Source: Firmicutes bacterium CAG:345 | Lineage (GTDB): Bacteria > Bacillota_I > Bacilli_A > RFN20 > CAG-288 | Direction: 5' to 3' | Assembly (NCBI GenBank): GCA_000433315.1 | Contig: FR893362.1 | Span: 3,941-67,940 of the forward strand | DNA: 64,000 nucleotides | Part shown: positions 7,764 through 16,778 of the stretch, piece after piece | Layout of the letters: every line of letters begins with the position of its first letter | How positions within the stretch are numbered: the first letter of the stretch is position 1 | The notes under the pieces: model-generated | What the model was told of the DNA's origin: nothing | What the model saw: the letters and a program-made list of their open reading frames with translations, nothing else | Databases searched by the model: none | Made by a program: the position numbers and the translations under genes

Positions 7764-10610
7764 TTAATATATAACTATAAGATAACTACAAGAATCCATA
7801 GTTGTTGGTAAAGAAGAAACTTCTTCACCATTATATATAAACTTTTTAGCATTATTTACTAATTCGCTATTATTTAATTCAACAATTTTTGAACTAGTAT
7901 TAAAAACAAAAGCTAATGAACGAGAAGAATCATTAGAAATGCTATATCCTAACATCTTTTCATAATCCAACTCTTCTACACCAATTTCTTCATATGTCAA
8001 TTCACTATATTGCATATTTTCAAATGATGTCGGCTTCAAATTTGCTAAATCTTCAGAATTCCTTAAAGTAATTGCTTTTCTAAAAGCAGTAACCATATCA
8101 TTATTTTCATGGATTAAATTCCAATTGATTGCATTTATTTCATCAGAGAAATCATAAGAATCTGAAACAAAATATCTCGTAGTTTCTCCATTATTAATTG
8201 CAGAATATTTTTCAGTTACCTTATCAGCTCCTTCTAACCATGATGGATCTAATTCTTTGCTTCTAGCAAATTCTTGTCCCAATTGATAAAAAGATACACC
8301 TGTGGAAAACGCAATTATATTATTTATTTCAGTTTGAATTTTATTTCTTTCACTTTCACTTAACATATAATCAGAAGCATATAACTTATCATGAATGGTC
8401 AAATTATCATGACATTCTGCATAATTGATAGAAACACCAGTAAAATCATATGACCATTTTGCAATATTACTTTGCTGTGTACCGACTAAGCCAAATAAAA
8501 TCTTAGTCTTTAATGAATTTAAGCCACTAGTATCAGGATCATATGCAGCCTGGGCAAATCCTCTACTAGAATCATCAAAAACAGATCCTTTAAGTCCATC
8601 ACGAATAGAATCATTAAAGAAACCGATGTCAGATTCATTATCCTTATTAGTAGCCTTAAAAGCACCTTGAACAGCTTGCATCTCTTTCCCCAAATACTTA
8701 TCGCCCTCATACATTGACCATCCTTCACCATATAAAATGATATCTGGATCAAATGATTTTAGATTTGACTCAACCATTTGCATAGCACTTTTAGTGATCA
8801 ATCCCATAAGATCAAAACGGAATCCAGCCAAATTATATCTTTTAACTAATTGTTCTGTGGTTTGAACTATCATATTTTTTACCATAGAGTTTTCACTAGC
8901 TAAATCCGTTCCAGCTCCAGAATAAGAATTTGTTCTAAAATAGTAATTAGGCATTATTTTTTCATATGTTGAATCAGCACCACTTGGCACATGATTGTAA
9001 ACAACATCCATTATTACTCCAATTCCAGCAGCATTATAGGCATTTGTCAATTTTCTAAACTCATTAATTCTTGTTAATCCATCATTAGGATCAGAAGAAT
9101 AAGATCCTTCTAATGAAGAATAGGAATAAGGATCATATCCCCAGTTATAAATACCTCCACGATGTGCAGTTTGATATTTTTTATCATTTAATTTAGTTTC
9201 ATCAACTGATGCAAAATCATAAACCGGTTGAAGTTGAATATGTGTTACTCCGGAATTTTTTATATAGTCAAAGCCTGTTGATTCTCCAGTACTTAATTTT
9301 GTACCTTCCTCAATCATTCCAAGATACTTTCCTCTATTTTCATTTTTTCCATTCCAAGAATCGCTCATAGAAAAATCACGAACATGTGTTTCATAAACCG
9401 TGACACTAGAAGGAGAAACTACTTCTGGAGCGACATTTGTCAAATTAGTTTCAATTTTTTCCCAGTTAACAACTAGACTCCTTTTCCCATTAGCATTTGA
9501 ACTAGATGCATATGGATCAGCAACTTCTTTATTAGTTTTTCCAAGAACATCTATAGTATAGGTATAATATATGCCATGTAAATCTCTATCAGCTTTATAT
9601 GACCAAACGCCTTTTTCGCCTTTTACCATATCAAAAGATTCTTTAATTCCATTACTAGTTGAACTTTCATAAAAATTAATTGTGATAGCACTAGCCGATG
9701 GAGACCAAACCTTAAAAACAGTTTCCGATCCATCAGCATTTACATTTGCACCTAAATCCTTGCCATCATATTGATATAATTTATTAAAAGCAGCTTTATT
9801 AAATACACCTCTATAATTAATAGGATAACTATGTCCATCATAATCTAAATATAATTGTGTTGTAAAATCAGAAAATTCATTTTCCAAAACAAACTCATAA
9901 ATTAAACTACTTTTATTTAGCTTATTGATAGCATATTTTTTATTGCTTTCATCTCTAATAGAAAAATCTTCAACGCTAAGAGATTTTTCAAAGGCAAAAT
10001 ATAAAGACATTTTTATACTTGTCAATGTACTCATTGAAACTTCATTAATTGGAGATGTTGGAATATCCTTTTCATCATAAAATAAAGTTTCATTTCCAGT
10101 AATAGAATAAACTCTGATAATTCCATCATCATCTACTTTAGTTAAATCAACACTGCGATCAGCATCAACATCTTTAGTACCATCACGACTTCTAATAATT
10201 AGATTAGCCCAATACTCCTTTGGTAAGACCGTTTTTTCACTAGAACCAAATCCCCAATCTGTATAAACTTCATAAGATTCATCGAACTTTATTCCTACAG
10301 CTAACCATTTCCATTCACCAGTCTCATTAAGAGTAACAGTAGATGAAGAATCAAACATCATTCCCCTTCCATCAAGACCATCTCCCCAAAACCATGCACC
10401 GACATCGCTATAATTTTCATCGAATCGATAAAAATATAAAATTAAATCAGCATTTTCTAAATTGTTTTTAGAAGATGAACTTGAAGTAGTAGCAGATGTA
10501 TTTGAAGAACTAGAAGTACTAGATGAATTTTCATTTTTATTACATCCAACCATACCTAAAGTTGTTGCTAATAAAGCAGGAATAGTTAATAATTTTATTG
10601 TTTTTTTCAT
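7764..10610 (-). CDS. lipoprotein type I pullulanase (glycoside hydrolase family 13, alpha-1,6-glucanohydrolase)
   Basis: Signal peptide with lipobox LGMVGC and a Ser/Thr-rich linker. GH13 catalytic regions YNHVPS, GFRFDLMG (nucleophile Asp), YGEGWS (acid/base Glu) and YAECHDN. Length 948 aa. GGAGGA ribosome-binding site. Confidence 0.85.
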   Translation of the reverse strand: MKKTIKLLTIPALLATTLGMVGCNKNENSSSTSSSSNTSATTSSSSSKNNLENADLILYFYRFDENYSDVGAWFWGDGLDGRGMMFDSSSTVTLNETGEWKWLAVGIKFDESYEVYTDWGFGSSEKTVLPKEYWANLIIRSRDGTKDVDADRSVDLTKVDDDGIIRVYSITGNETLFYDEKDIPTSPINEVSMSTLTSIKMSLYFAFEKSLSVEDFSIRDESNKKYAINKLNKSSLIYEFVLENEFSDFTTQLYLDYDGHSYPINYRGVFNKAAFNKLYQYDGKDLGANVNADGSETVFKVWSPSASAITINFYESSTSNGIKESFDMVKGEKGVWSYKADRDLHGIYYTYTIDVLGKTNKEVADPYASSSNANGKRSLVVNWEKIETNLTNVAPEVVSPSSVTVYETHVRDFSMSDSWNGKNENRGKYLGMIEEGTKLSTGESTGFDYIKNSGVTHIQLQPVYDFASVDETKLNDKKYQTAHRGGIYNWGYDPYSYSSLEGSYSSDPNDGLTRINEFRKLTNAYNAAGIGVIMDVVYNHVPSGADSTYEKIMPNYYFRTNSYSGAGTDLASENSMVKNMIVQTTEQLVKRYNLAGFRFDLMGLITKSAMQMVESNLKSFDPDIILYGEGWSMYEGDKYLGKEMQAVQGAFKATNKDNESDIGFFNDSIRDGLKGSVFDDSSRGFAQAAYDPDTSGLNSLKTKILFGLVGTQQSNIAKWSYDFTGVSINYAECHDNLTIHDKLYASDYMLSESERNKIQTEINNIIAFSTGVSFYQLGQEFARSKELDPSWLEGADKVTEKYSAINNGETTRYFVSDSYDFSDEINAINWNLIHENNDMVTAFRKAITLRNSEDLANLKPTSFENMQYSELTYEEIGVEELDYEKMLGYSISNDSSRSLAFVFNTSSKIVELNNSELVNNAKKFIYNGEEVSSLPTTMDSCSYLIVIY

Positions 10611-10732
10611 ATTTCCTCCTCATGTATTATAATTAAAGCGCTTCCAAAATGCAAAATAAAATATTGGTTATATCATAATAAATAAGTTATTTTATATAAT
10701 TTTGTTTTTTTCAAAAAAATCGAAAATAATTG

Positions 10733-10762
10733 TTGACAAAAGTATTTACTTTGCCTTACAAT
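10733..10762 (+). promoter_or_regulatory. strong sigma-A promoter driving tRNA-Ile
   Basis: TTGACA at 10733-10738, a 17/18-nt spacer, then TACAAT, about 20 nt upstream of the tRNA 5' end. Confidence 0.6.
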
Positions 10763-10783
10763 ATTAAGGCAGCAAAAAAGGAT

Positions 10784-10860
10784 GGGCCTTTAGCTCAGTT
10801 GGTTAGAGCGCGCCCCTGATAAGGACGAGGTCGAAGGTCCGAGCCCTTTAAGGCCCACCA
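10784..10860 (+). tRNA. tRNA-Ile (anticodon GAT), standalone, with encoded CCA
   Basis: Cloverleaf by hand: acceptor GGGCCTT/AAGGCCC, D-arm GCTC-AGTTGGTTA-GAGC, anticodon loop CTGATAA (U33, GAU, A37), variable loop AGGTC, T-arm GAAGG-TCCGAGC-CCTTT, then ACCA. Non-canonical C55 and a C29-A41 mismatch are noted in the findings. Confidence 0.7.
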
Positions 10861-10871
10861 TGTTGCAATAT

Positions 10872-10897
10872 TCACCGAGTAATCGGTGTTTTTTTAT
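10872..10897 (+). terminator. rho-independent terminator after tRNA-Ile
   Basis: Hairpin caccgagtaatcggtg followed by TTTTTTT. Confidence 0.7.
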
Positions 10898-10936
10898 GCC
10901 ATTTTATTTTTATAAAATTATTACAAAAAAATAACA

Positions 10937-10972
10937 TAAAAAAAGAGGATATAAATTAATATTTACATCCTC
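10937..10972 (-). terminator. putative terminator downstream of tpiA
   Basis: gaggat...atcctc stem with partial inner pairing, followed on the minus strand by a T7 run. The stem is only 6 bp, so this is weaker than the others. Confidence 0.4.
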
Positions 10973-10982
10973 ATTATTTACA

Positions 10983-11738
10983 TTAAATATTCTTTACTAA
11001 TTCAATGAAAGATTCAGCTTTTAAGCTAGCTCCACCAACAAGAGCGCCATCTATATCAGGGCAAGTCATATAACTATGAATGTTATTTGGCTTAACACTG
11101 CCACCATAGAGAATACGTACTTTATCAGCAGTTTCTTGATCAAACATTTCAGCAACTAAAGATCTAATATATCCGCATACATCTTCAGCAATTTCTTCTG
11201 AAGCATTTTTGCCTGTACCAATACTCCATACTGGCTCATATGCTATGACAATATTTGAAACATCTTCCTTCTTTAAGTTCATAAGACCAACAATCATTTG
11301 TTCTTTGACAACATTTCTTGTTAATCCACCTTCAAATTGAGCTAATGTTTCACCAACGCAATAGATTACTTTAACATCATTTTCAAGGCAAGCATGAATT
11401 TTTTGATTGCATGTCAATGAGGTTTCATTGGCATAAAGACGTCTTTCAGAATGTCCTAAAATAGTCCAATTAATTCCCAATTCTTTAATCATTGGAATAG
11501 AAACAAAACCAGTAAAAGCACCGCTAGGAGAAAAATGAACATCTTGGCTAGCAATTATTAAACCGGTATTAGCTTCAGCCATAGTTTGAAGACTTAAAAA
11601 GCTTGGTGCAACACCTATTTCAATATTTTTTTCTTTTGCTAAAGTAACTGCAGCACCTACTTCTGATGCAAATTTCTTTGTTTCAGAAATAAGATGATTC
11701 ATCTTCCAGTTACCGAATAAAAACTTTGTTCTTGTCAT
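10983..11738 (-). CDS. tpiA: triosephosphate isomerase
   Basis: GNWKMN, AYEPVWSIGTG and YGGSV motifs. Confidence 0.95.
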   Translation of the reverse strand: MTRTKFLFGNWKMNHLISETKKFASEVGAAVTLAKEKNIEIGVAPSFLSLQTMAEANTGLIIASQDVHFSPSGAFTGFVSIPMIKELGINWTILGHSERRLYANETSLTCNQKIHACLENDVKVIYCVGETLAQFEGGLTRNVVKEQMIVGLMNLKKEDVSNIVIAYEPVWSIGTGKNASEEIAEDVCGYIRSLVAEMFDQETADKVRILYGGSVKPNNIHSYMTCPDIDGALVGGASLKAESFIELVKNI

Positions 11739-11740
11739 GA

Positions 11741-12955
11741 TTATTTGTCTTCAATAACATCAATGCCAGGAAGATGACCATCATTTTCAATCATCTCTAA
11801 GGAAGCACCGCCACCTGTGGAAACATGGGAGAAAGAATCTTTATATCCGAATTGTTTTGCTGCTGCGGCAGAATCGCCTCCACCGATAACAGAGAAACAA
11901 TGATCATTTTCTGCAATAGCTTTACAAACAGAAATTGTACCAGCTTGATATTCTTCTTTTTCAAAGACACCAGCAGGACCATTCCAGAAAATTGTATTGG
12001 CTTTTTGAATTTCATCATGGAATAAAACACGTGTTTTTGGACCAATATCCATTCCCATGAATCCATCTGGAACATCAAGGCCATCAATAGTTTGAATTAA
12101 ATTTGCATTATCAAAGTCATCAGAAACAATGATATCTACAGGAAGAAGAATTTTTCCATGGCCTTCTTCTAAGCATTTACGAGCATAATCAACTTGATTA
12201 TCTTCAACAGGACTTGTACCAACTGTATGTCCTAAAGCTTTTAAGAAAGTATAGCTCATTGCACCACAAATAATAACTTTATCGCACTTTTTCAAAAGAC
12301 TATCAATAACTTTGATTTTATCAGAAACTTTAAGTCCACCAAGAATAGCTAAATATGGACGATCTGTTGGATTTACAACTTTACCTAAAGAAACGACTTC
12401 TTTTTCAACAAGGTAGCCAACAGCAGTAGGTTTGCCTTCTGCCTTTAAAAGTTCTGGAACACCATATGTAGAGCAGTGGGCACGATGAGCACTACCAAAA
12501 GCATCCATGACAAATGCATCAGCTAAACTTGCCCAAATCTTACTGAGTTCAGGATCATTTTTTGATTCACCTTTTTCATAACGAGTGTTTTGAACAACCA
12601 AAACATCACCATTATTTAAAGAATCTACCATAGAAGTCAATTGTTCACCACGTGTAACAGGGCAAAATTTAACTTCTTTACCAAGTAATTCACCTAAACG
12701 AACAGCAATAGGAGCCATATTGTTTTTCTTTTTAAGAGCTTCTATTTCTTCTGGAGTCTTCTTATAATCAATTTTTCCAAGGTGACTCATTAAAATAACT
12801 TTGGCACCTTTAGAAATCAATTCTTTAATTGTAGGTAATGCAGCGACAATACGATTATCATCGCGAATTGCGCCATCTTTAAGTGGGACGTTGAAATCAC
12901 AACGGACTAAAACGCGCTTGCCTTCAACTTGTAAGTCTTTAACGTGTTGTTTCAT
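11741..12955 (-). CDS. pgk: phosphoglycerate kinase
   Basis: Full-length PGK (404 aa) with RCDFNVP at the N-terminus, and the glycine-rich GGGDS/STGGGASLE motifs at the C-terminus. Confidence 0.95.
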   Translation of the reverse strand: MKQHVKDLQVEGKRVLVRCDFNVPLKDGAIRDDNRIVAALPTIKELISKGAKVILMSHLGKIDYKKTPEEIEALKKKNNMAPIAVRLGELLGKEVKFCPVTRGEQLTSMVDSLNNGDVLVVQNTRYEKGESKNDPELSKIWASLADAFVMDAFGSAHRAHCSTYGVPELLKAEGKPTAVGYLVEKEVVSLGKVVNPTDRPYLAILGGLKVSDKIKVIDSLLKKCDKVIICGAMSYTFLKALGHTVGTSPVEDNQVDYARKCLEEGHGKILLPVDIIVSDDFDNANLIQTIDGLDVPDGFMGMDIGPKTRVLFHDEIQKANTIFWNGPAGVFEKEEYQAGTISVCKAIAENDHCFSVIGGGDSAAAAKQFGYKDSFSHVSTGGGASLEMIENDGHLPGIDVIEDK

Positions 12956-13041
12956 TAATTTTATTAATTCTCCTTTTTATTTTCCTTTTATTATTAAAAT
13001 ACGGCACCGAAAATGGTGCCGTAAGATTTTAAAAGATTAAA

Positions 13042-14070
13042 TTATTTAACACCGAGGATGTGAGCGTAGTGCTTAGCAAGACGGACATATTGGCATGTAT
13101 AAGAATATTCATTATCATACCAAGATATGACCTTGACATATTGTTTGCCTTCTGGGTTAGTGAAGACCTTTGTACCAGTAGCATCAAAGATGGAACCAGC
13201 TGTTGCACCGATGATATCACGGGAAACGATTGGATCTTCAGTATAATCGAGAACGCCTTTTAATGAGCCTTCAGCAGCTTCTTTCATTGCAGCATTGATT
13301 TCTTCAGCTGTAACTTCTTTACCGAGAGTTAAAGAAAGATCAACTAAGGAACCATCAAGAACTGGAACACGGATAGCTCCACCTTGGAGACGACCCTTGA
13401 GTTCAGGAATGACAAGATAAATAGCTTTTGCAGCACCTGTTGAACTTGGGACAATATTTTGTGCACAAGCTCTACCACGACGGAAATCTTTTTCCTTAAC
13501 TAAGTCAAGAGAAGTTTGATCGTTAGTATAAGCATGAACTGTTGTCATGAATCCACCTTCGATACCAAATTTATCTTGCAATACACGGCAAACAGGGCCT
13601 AAGCAGTTTGTTGTGCAAGAAGCGCCAGAAATAACCTTCATATCTGCAGTCAAATCTTTATCATTGACACCATAGACAAATGTTGGAGTTTCTTTATCAG
13701 CTGGAGCAGAGATGACAACACCTTTAGCGCCACCAACTTCAACATGTACTTTAGCATCGTTATAACCTTTGAAACGACCTGTGCATTCTAATACAATATC
13801 AACACCATAATCAGACCATTTAATGAGGTTTGGATCTTTTTGACCAATAACTGGAATCTTCTTTCCATCAAAGACAATATTGTTGTCTTCATAAGATACT
13901 TCGTGGCCCTTTAAAACACCTTGAGCAGAGTCATATTTGAGAAGGTAAGCTAAGTTAGCAGCAGAAGATAAATCGTTAATAGCGACAACTTCCATTCCTT
14001 CATCGATAGCACGGCGGAAAGCAAGACGGCCGATACGTCCAAATCCATTGATTGCAAGTTTAATAGACAT
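13042..14070 (-). CDS. gap: glyceraldehyde-3-phosphate dehydrogenase
   Basis: NGFGRIGR NAD-binding motif and the active-site ASCTTNC. 342 aa. AAGGAGGA ribosome-binding site. Confidence 0.95.
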   Translation of the reverse strand: MSIKLAINGFGRIGRLAFRRAIDEGMEVVAINDLSSAANLAYLLKYDSAQGVLKGHEVSYEDNNIVFDGKKIPVIGQKDPNLIKWSDYGVDIVLECTGRFKGYNDAKVHVEVGGAKGVVISAPADKETPTFVYGVNDKDLTADMKVISGASCTTNCLGPVCRVLQDKFGIEGGFMTTVHAYTNDQTSLDLVKEKDFRRGRACAQNIVPSSTGAAKAIYLVIPELKGRLQGGAIRVPVLDGSLVDLSLTLGKEVTAEEINAAMKEAAEGSLKGVLDYTEDPIVSRDIIGATAGSIFDATGTKVFTNPEGKQYVKVISWYDNEYSYTCQYVRLAKHYAHILGVK

Positions 14071-14099
14071 TATTAAGTCCTCCTTATTTTTGCAATTTG

Positions 14100-14128
14100 A
14101 TTATATATTTACCAGCAATTTACTGCAA
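14100..14128 (-). promoter_or_regulatory. sigma-A promoter of the gap-pgk-tpiA operon
   Basis: On the minus strand: TTGCAG, 17-nt spacer, TATAAT (the -10 at 14100-14105). The leader to the ATG is about 25-30 nt. Confidence 0.55.
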
Positions 14129-14140
14129 GTGTAAGGGCTT

Positions 14141-14155
14141 TTGAAACCGCTTACA
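14141..14155. promoter_or_regulatory. catabolite-responsive element (cre, CcpA site) centred near -56 of the gap promoter
   Basis: tTGAAACCGCTTACA matches the cre consensus WTGNAANCGNWNNCW at every constrained position. Confidence 0.4.
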
Positions 14156-14291
14156 TACGCTTATTCGCTCGCATTGCACGCGCATTTGCATATTAATAAA
14201 GCCTATTTGCGATAAATGCGCACCGACAATTATAGTATTTAAACCGTTAAAAATTTCCATATTGCATATAATTAAAATATGGAGGAATCTT

Positions 14292-14864
14292 ATGCCAATA
14301 ATACCTGCAATTACAATTAAAAATTACGAAGGACAAACTTCATATGATCTTTTTTCACTTCTATTAAAAGAAAGAATAATAATTATTTCTGGAGAGATTA
14401 CCGATCAACTTTCAGAAATAATAACAGCCGAACTTCTATATCTTGAAGCCGAGGACCAAGAATCACCTATAACAATTTATATAAATAGTCCTGGTGGATC
14501 TGTCACTGCTGGAATGGCAGTATATGATATTATAAAATCATTAAAAGTAGAAGTAAAAACCATCGCATTTGGATTAGCAGCTAGTATGGGAGCTTTTTTA
14601 TTATCCTCTGGTACCAAAGGTCAAAGATATGCATATAAACATACTGAAATAATGATTCATCAACCATTAGGTCAAACTCAAGGACAAGTAACTGATTTAA
14701 AAATAATGACTGAGAGATTATTAAAAATAAAAGAAACACTTAACAAAATATTATCCGATAATACCGGAAAAGATTATCAAACAATTGTAAATGACACTGA
14801 AAGGGATAATTTCTTCACTGCTATGGAAGCAAAAAAATATGGCCTTATCGACCATATTCTTTAA
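14292..14864 (+). CDS. clpP: ATP-dependent Clp protease proteolytic subunit
   Basis: ClpP fold with catalytic Ser (GLAASMGA) and His (IMIHQP). The start is placed at ATG 14292, which has a GGAGGA ribosome-binding site 6 nt upstream. The ORF-track start at 14262 lacks a ribosome-binding site and extends past the conserved ClpP N-terminus. Confidence 0.9.
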   Translation: MPIIPAITIKNYEGQTSYDLFSLLLKERIIIISGEITDQLSEIITAELLYLEAEDQESPITIYINSPGGSVTAGMAVYDIIKSLKVEVKTIAFGLAASMGAFLLSSGTKGQRYAYKHTEIMIHQPLGQTQGQVTDLKIMTERLLKIKETLNKILSDNTGKDYQTIVNDTERDNFFTAMEAKKYGLIDHIL

Positions 14865-14865
14865 T

Positions 14866-16218
14866 TTATTTCTTATTCATTGATTTCATCATCTCATTTA
14901 TCATATTTGGATTTCTTTTCATCATTCCTGATACTTGAGACATTTGTTTTTTCATTTTATCGAAACGATCAAGAATTCGATTGACATCTGTAGAAGTAGT
15001 TCCCGATCCTTCAGCTATACGGATCTTACGCGAATTTTTAATAATTTCTGGCTTTTTTCTTTCCTGCAAAGTCATAGAATTAATTATTGTTTCTGTCTTT
15101 TTTAATTCTTTTTCCAATTTATTAGAGTCATCTTCCGAAATTTTCGGCATTCCTGGAAGCATTTTTAAAATACCTCCAAATGATCCTAATTTTTTCATTT
15201 GTTTCATCAAATTTAACATATCATTCAAATCAAACAAGCCATTAGCAATTCTCTTACTTGTTTTCATTGTGACTTCTTCATCGATGTTTTCTTGAACATT
15301 TTCAATAAGAGACAAAACATCTCCCATACCAATGATACGATCAGCCATACGATCCGGATGGAAAACTTCAAGATCTGAAACCTTTTCACCAACACCAGCA
15401 AATTTAATTGGAATATTTGTTAAATGCTTAATTGATAAAGCTGCACCACCACGAGAATCACCATCAAGTTTAGACATTACTAATCCAGTAATATGAAGCT
15501 TTGAATTAAAAGTTGTAGCGACATTTACAGCATCCTGACCAGACATTGCATCAACTAAAAGAATAGTCTCAGTAATATTGACATTTTTTTCAATATCTTG
15601 TAATTCTTGCATCAATACTTCATCAATTTGTAAACGACCTGCAGTATCGATAATAACAACATCATTTTTATTAGCTAAAGCTTGATTATAAGCGTTTTTA
15701 GCGATAATAGGAGGCAAAGTCCCAGTTCTATCAACATAGACATCAACTCCTATTTGCTTCGCTAAAATTTCAAGTTGATCTATAGCAGCTGGACGATAAA
15801 TATCAGCAGCAACAAGCAAAGGTTTCTTTGCATTTTTTCGTTTTAATAAATTTGCTAATTTTGCTGCAGTTGTCGTTTTACCTGTACCTTGTAAACCAAC
15901 AAGCATAATTACAGTTGGCTTTCCAACAGCAAATTTTAAATCTGTATCTCCGCTTCCTAAAAGTTCTGCTAGTTCATCTCTAACAATTTTAACAAACATT
16001 TCTCCAGGGGATAATTTTGTTAAAACTTTTTGACCAATTGCTTTTTCTTTAACATTTCCAACAAATTCTTTAACAACTTTATAATTGACATCAGCTTCAA
16101 GAAGAGCTAAGCGAACTTCTCTAAGCATTTCATCCATATTGCTTTCAGTAATATGGGCTTGGCCTCGCATTTTTTTAAAAATGCTCTGCATTCTTTCTGT
16201 AAGTGATTCAAATGCCAT
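14866..16218 (-). CDS. ffh: signal recognition particle protein Ffh
   Basis: NG domain with GLQGTGKTTTAAKLA, DTAGR and the Met-rich C-terminal M domain. 450 aa. Confidence 0.95.
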   Translation of the reverse strand: MAFESLTERMQSIFKKMRGQAHITESNMDEMLREVRLALLEADVNYKVVKEFVGNVKEKAIGQKVLTKLSPGEMFVKIVRDELAELLGSGDTDLKFAVGKPTVIMLVGLQGTGKTTTAAKLANLLKRKNAKKPLLVAADIYRPAAIDQLEILAKQIGVDVYVDRTGTLPPIIAKNAYNQALANKNDVVIIDTAGRLQIDEVLMQELQDIEKNVNITETILLVDAMSGQDAVNVATTFNSKLHITGLVMSKLDGDSRGGAALSIKHLTNIPIKFAGVGEKVSDLEVFHPDRMADRIIGMGDVLSLIENVQENIDEEVTMKTSKRIANGLFDLNDMLNLMKQMKKLGSFGGILKMLPGMPKISEDDSNKLEKELKKTETIINSMTLQERKKPEIIKNSRKIRIAEGSGTTSTDVNRILDRFDKMKKQMSQVSGMMKRNPNMINEMMKSMNKK

Positions 16219-16525
16219 CTGTCAATACCTCCTTTATTTTTTCTTCAATATCTTTTGAAATATTATTTTCACTCAAAATTTGTAATATCTTCTTTTCTTT
16301 ATAAACACATCTTAATTTTGTCTCATATTCTTTAAGCTTTTCTAAAGATTTCTTTAAAGTATCATATACTGCACTTTTAGAAATATTATGATTCTCAGCA
16401 ATTTCCGAAAGGGACAAATCTTCATTAAAATACTCATCAAGTATCATTTTCTGTTTATCAGTCAATAATATACTATATTGATCAACTAATAATAAATACT
16501 GATTTTTATTTTCTAAATCTTCCAT
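16208..16525 (-). CDS. ylxM: YlxM/UPF0122 helix-turn-helix protein, the conserved Firmicutes partner gene upstream of ffh
   Basis: 105 aa, LSLSEIAENHNISKSAVYDTLKK helix-turn-helix motif, and overlaps the ffh start. Confidence 0.75.
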   Translation of the reverse strand: MEDLENKNQYLLLVDQYSILLTDKQKMILDEYFNEDLSLSEIAENHNISKSAVYDTLKKSLEKLKEYETKLRCVYKEKKILQILSENNISKDIEEKIKEVLTDGI

Positions 16526-16526
16526 T

Positions 16527-16778
16527 TCAAATAAGCTCTATTATACAAGTGCAAACCAATAATACAGCAAGTATTATTCCACCCAGTCTATAAAAATCTT
16601 GTGTTTTATAAAATACTTTTCTCTTTTCTTTTGGAAGCGTTAAAAAGGCATAAACAAATGAAATAACAAAAGAAATTATCATATTAATTAATACACTTGA
16701 AGCAATAAATTGCGATAAAAGAAAAGTCAGTCCAAAATCTAATGCTAATACAAGAAATAACATTATAAAAAAATTCAT
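16527..16778 (-). CDS. small hydrophobic membrane protein (83 aa), translationally coupled to ftsY
   Basis: Three predicted transmembrane segments. Its ATG overlaps the ftsY TGA as ATGA (16775-16778). Confidence 0.45.
   Translation of the reverse strand: MNFFIMLFLVLALDFGLTFLLSQFIASSVLINMIISFVISFVYAFLTLPKEKRKVFYKTQDFYRLGGIILAVLLVCTCIIELI

Noticed and set aside
14131-14230. The GC-rich island as an SRP RNA, 6S RNA or other structured RNA gene
   Set aside because: It has no conserved SRP domain IV motif (GGAAG...AGCAG) and no obvious promoter or terminator pairing. It lies upstream of the gap -35 element, which fits better with protein-binding sites.
14262-14291. ORF-track N-terminal extension of clpP (MHIIKIWRNL)
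   Set aside because: It has no ribosome-binding site and extends beyond the conserved ClpP N-terminus. The ATG at 14292 has a GGAGGA site at the ideal spacing.
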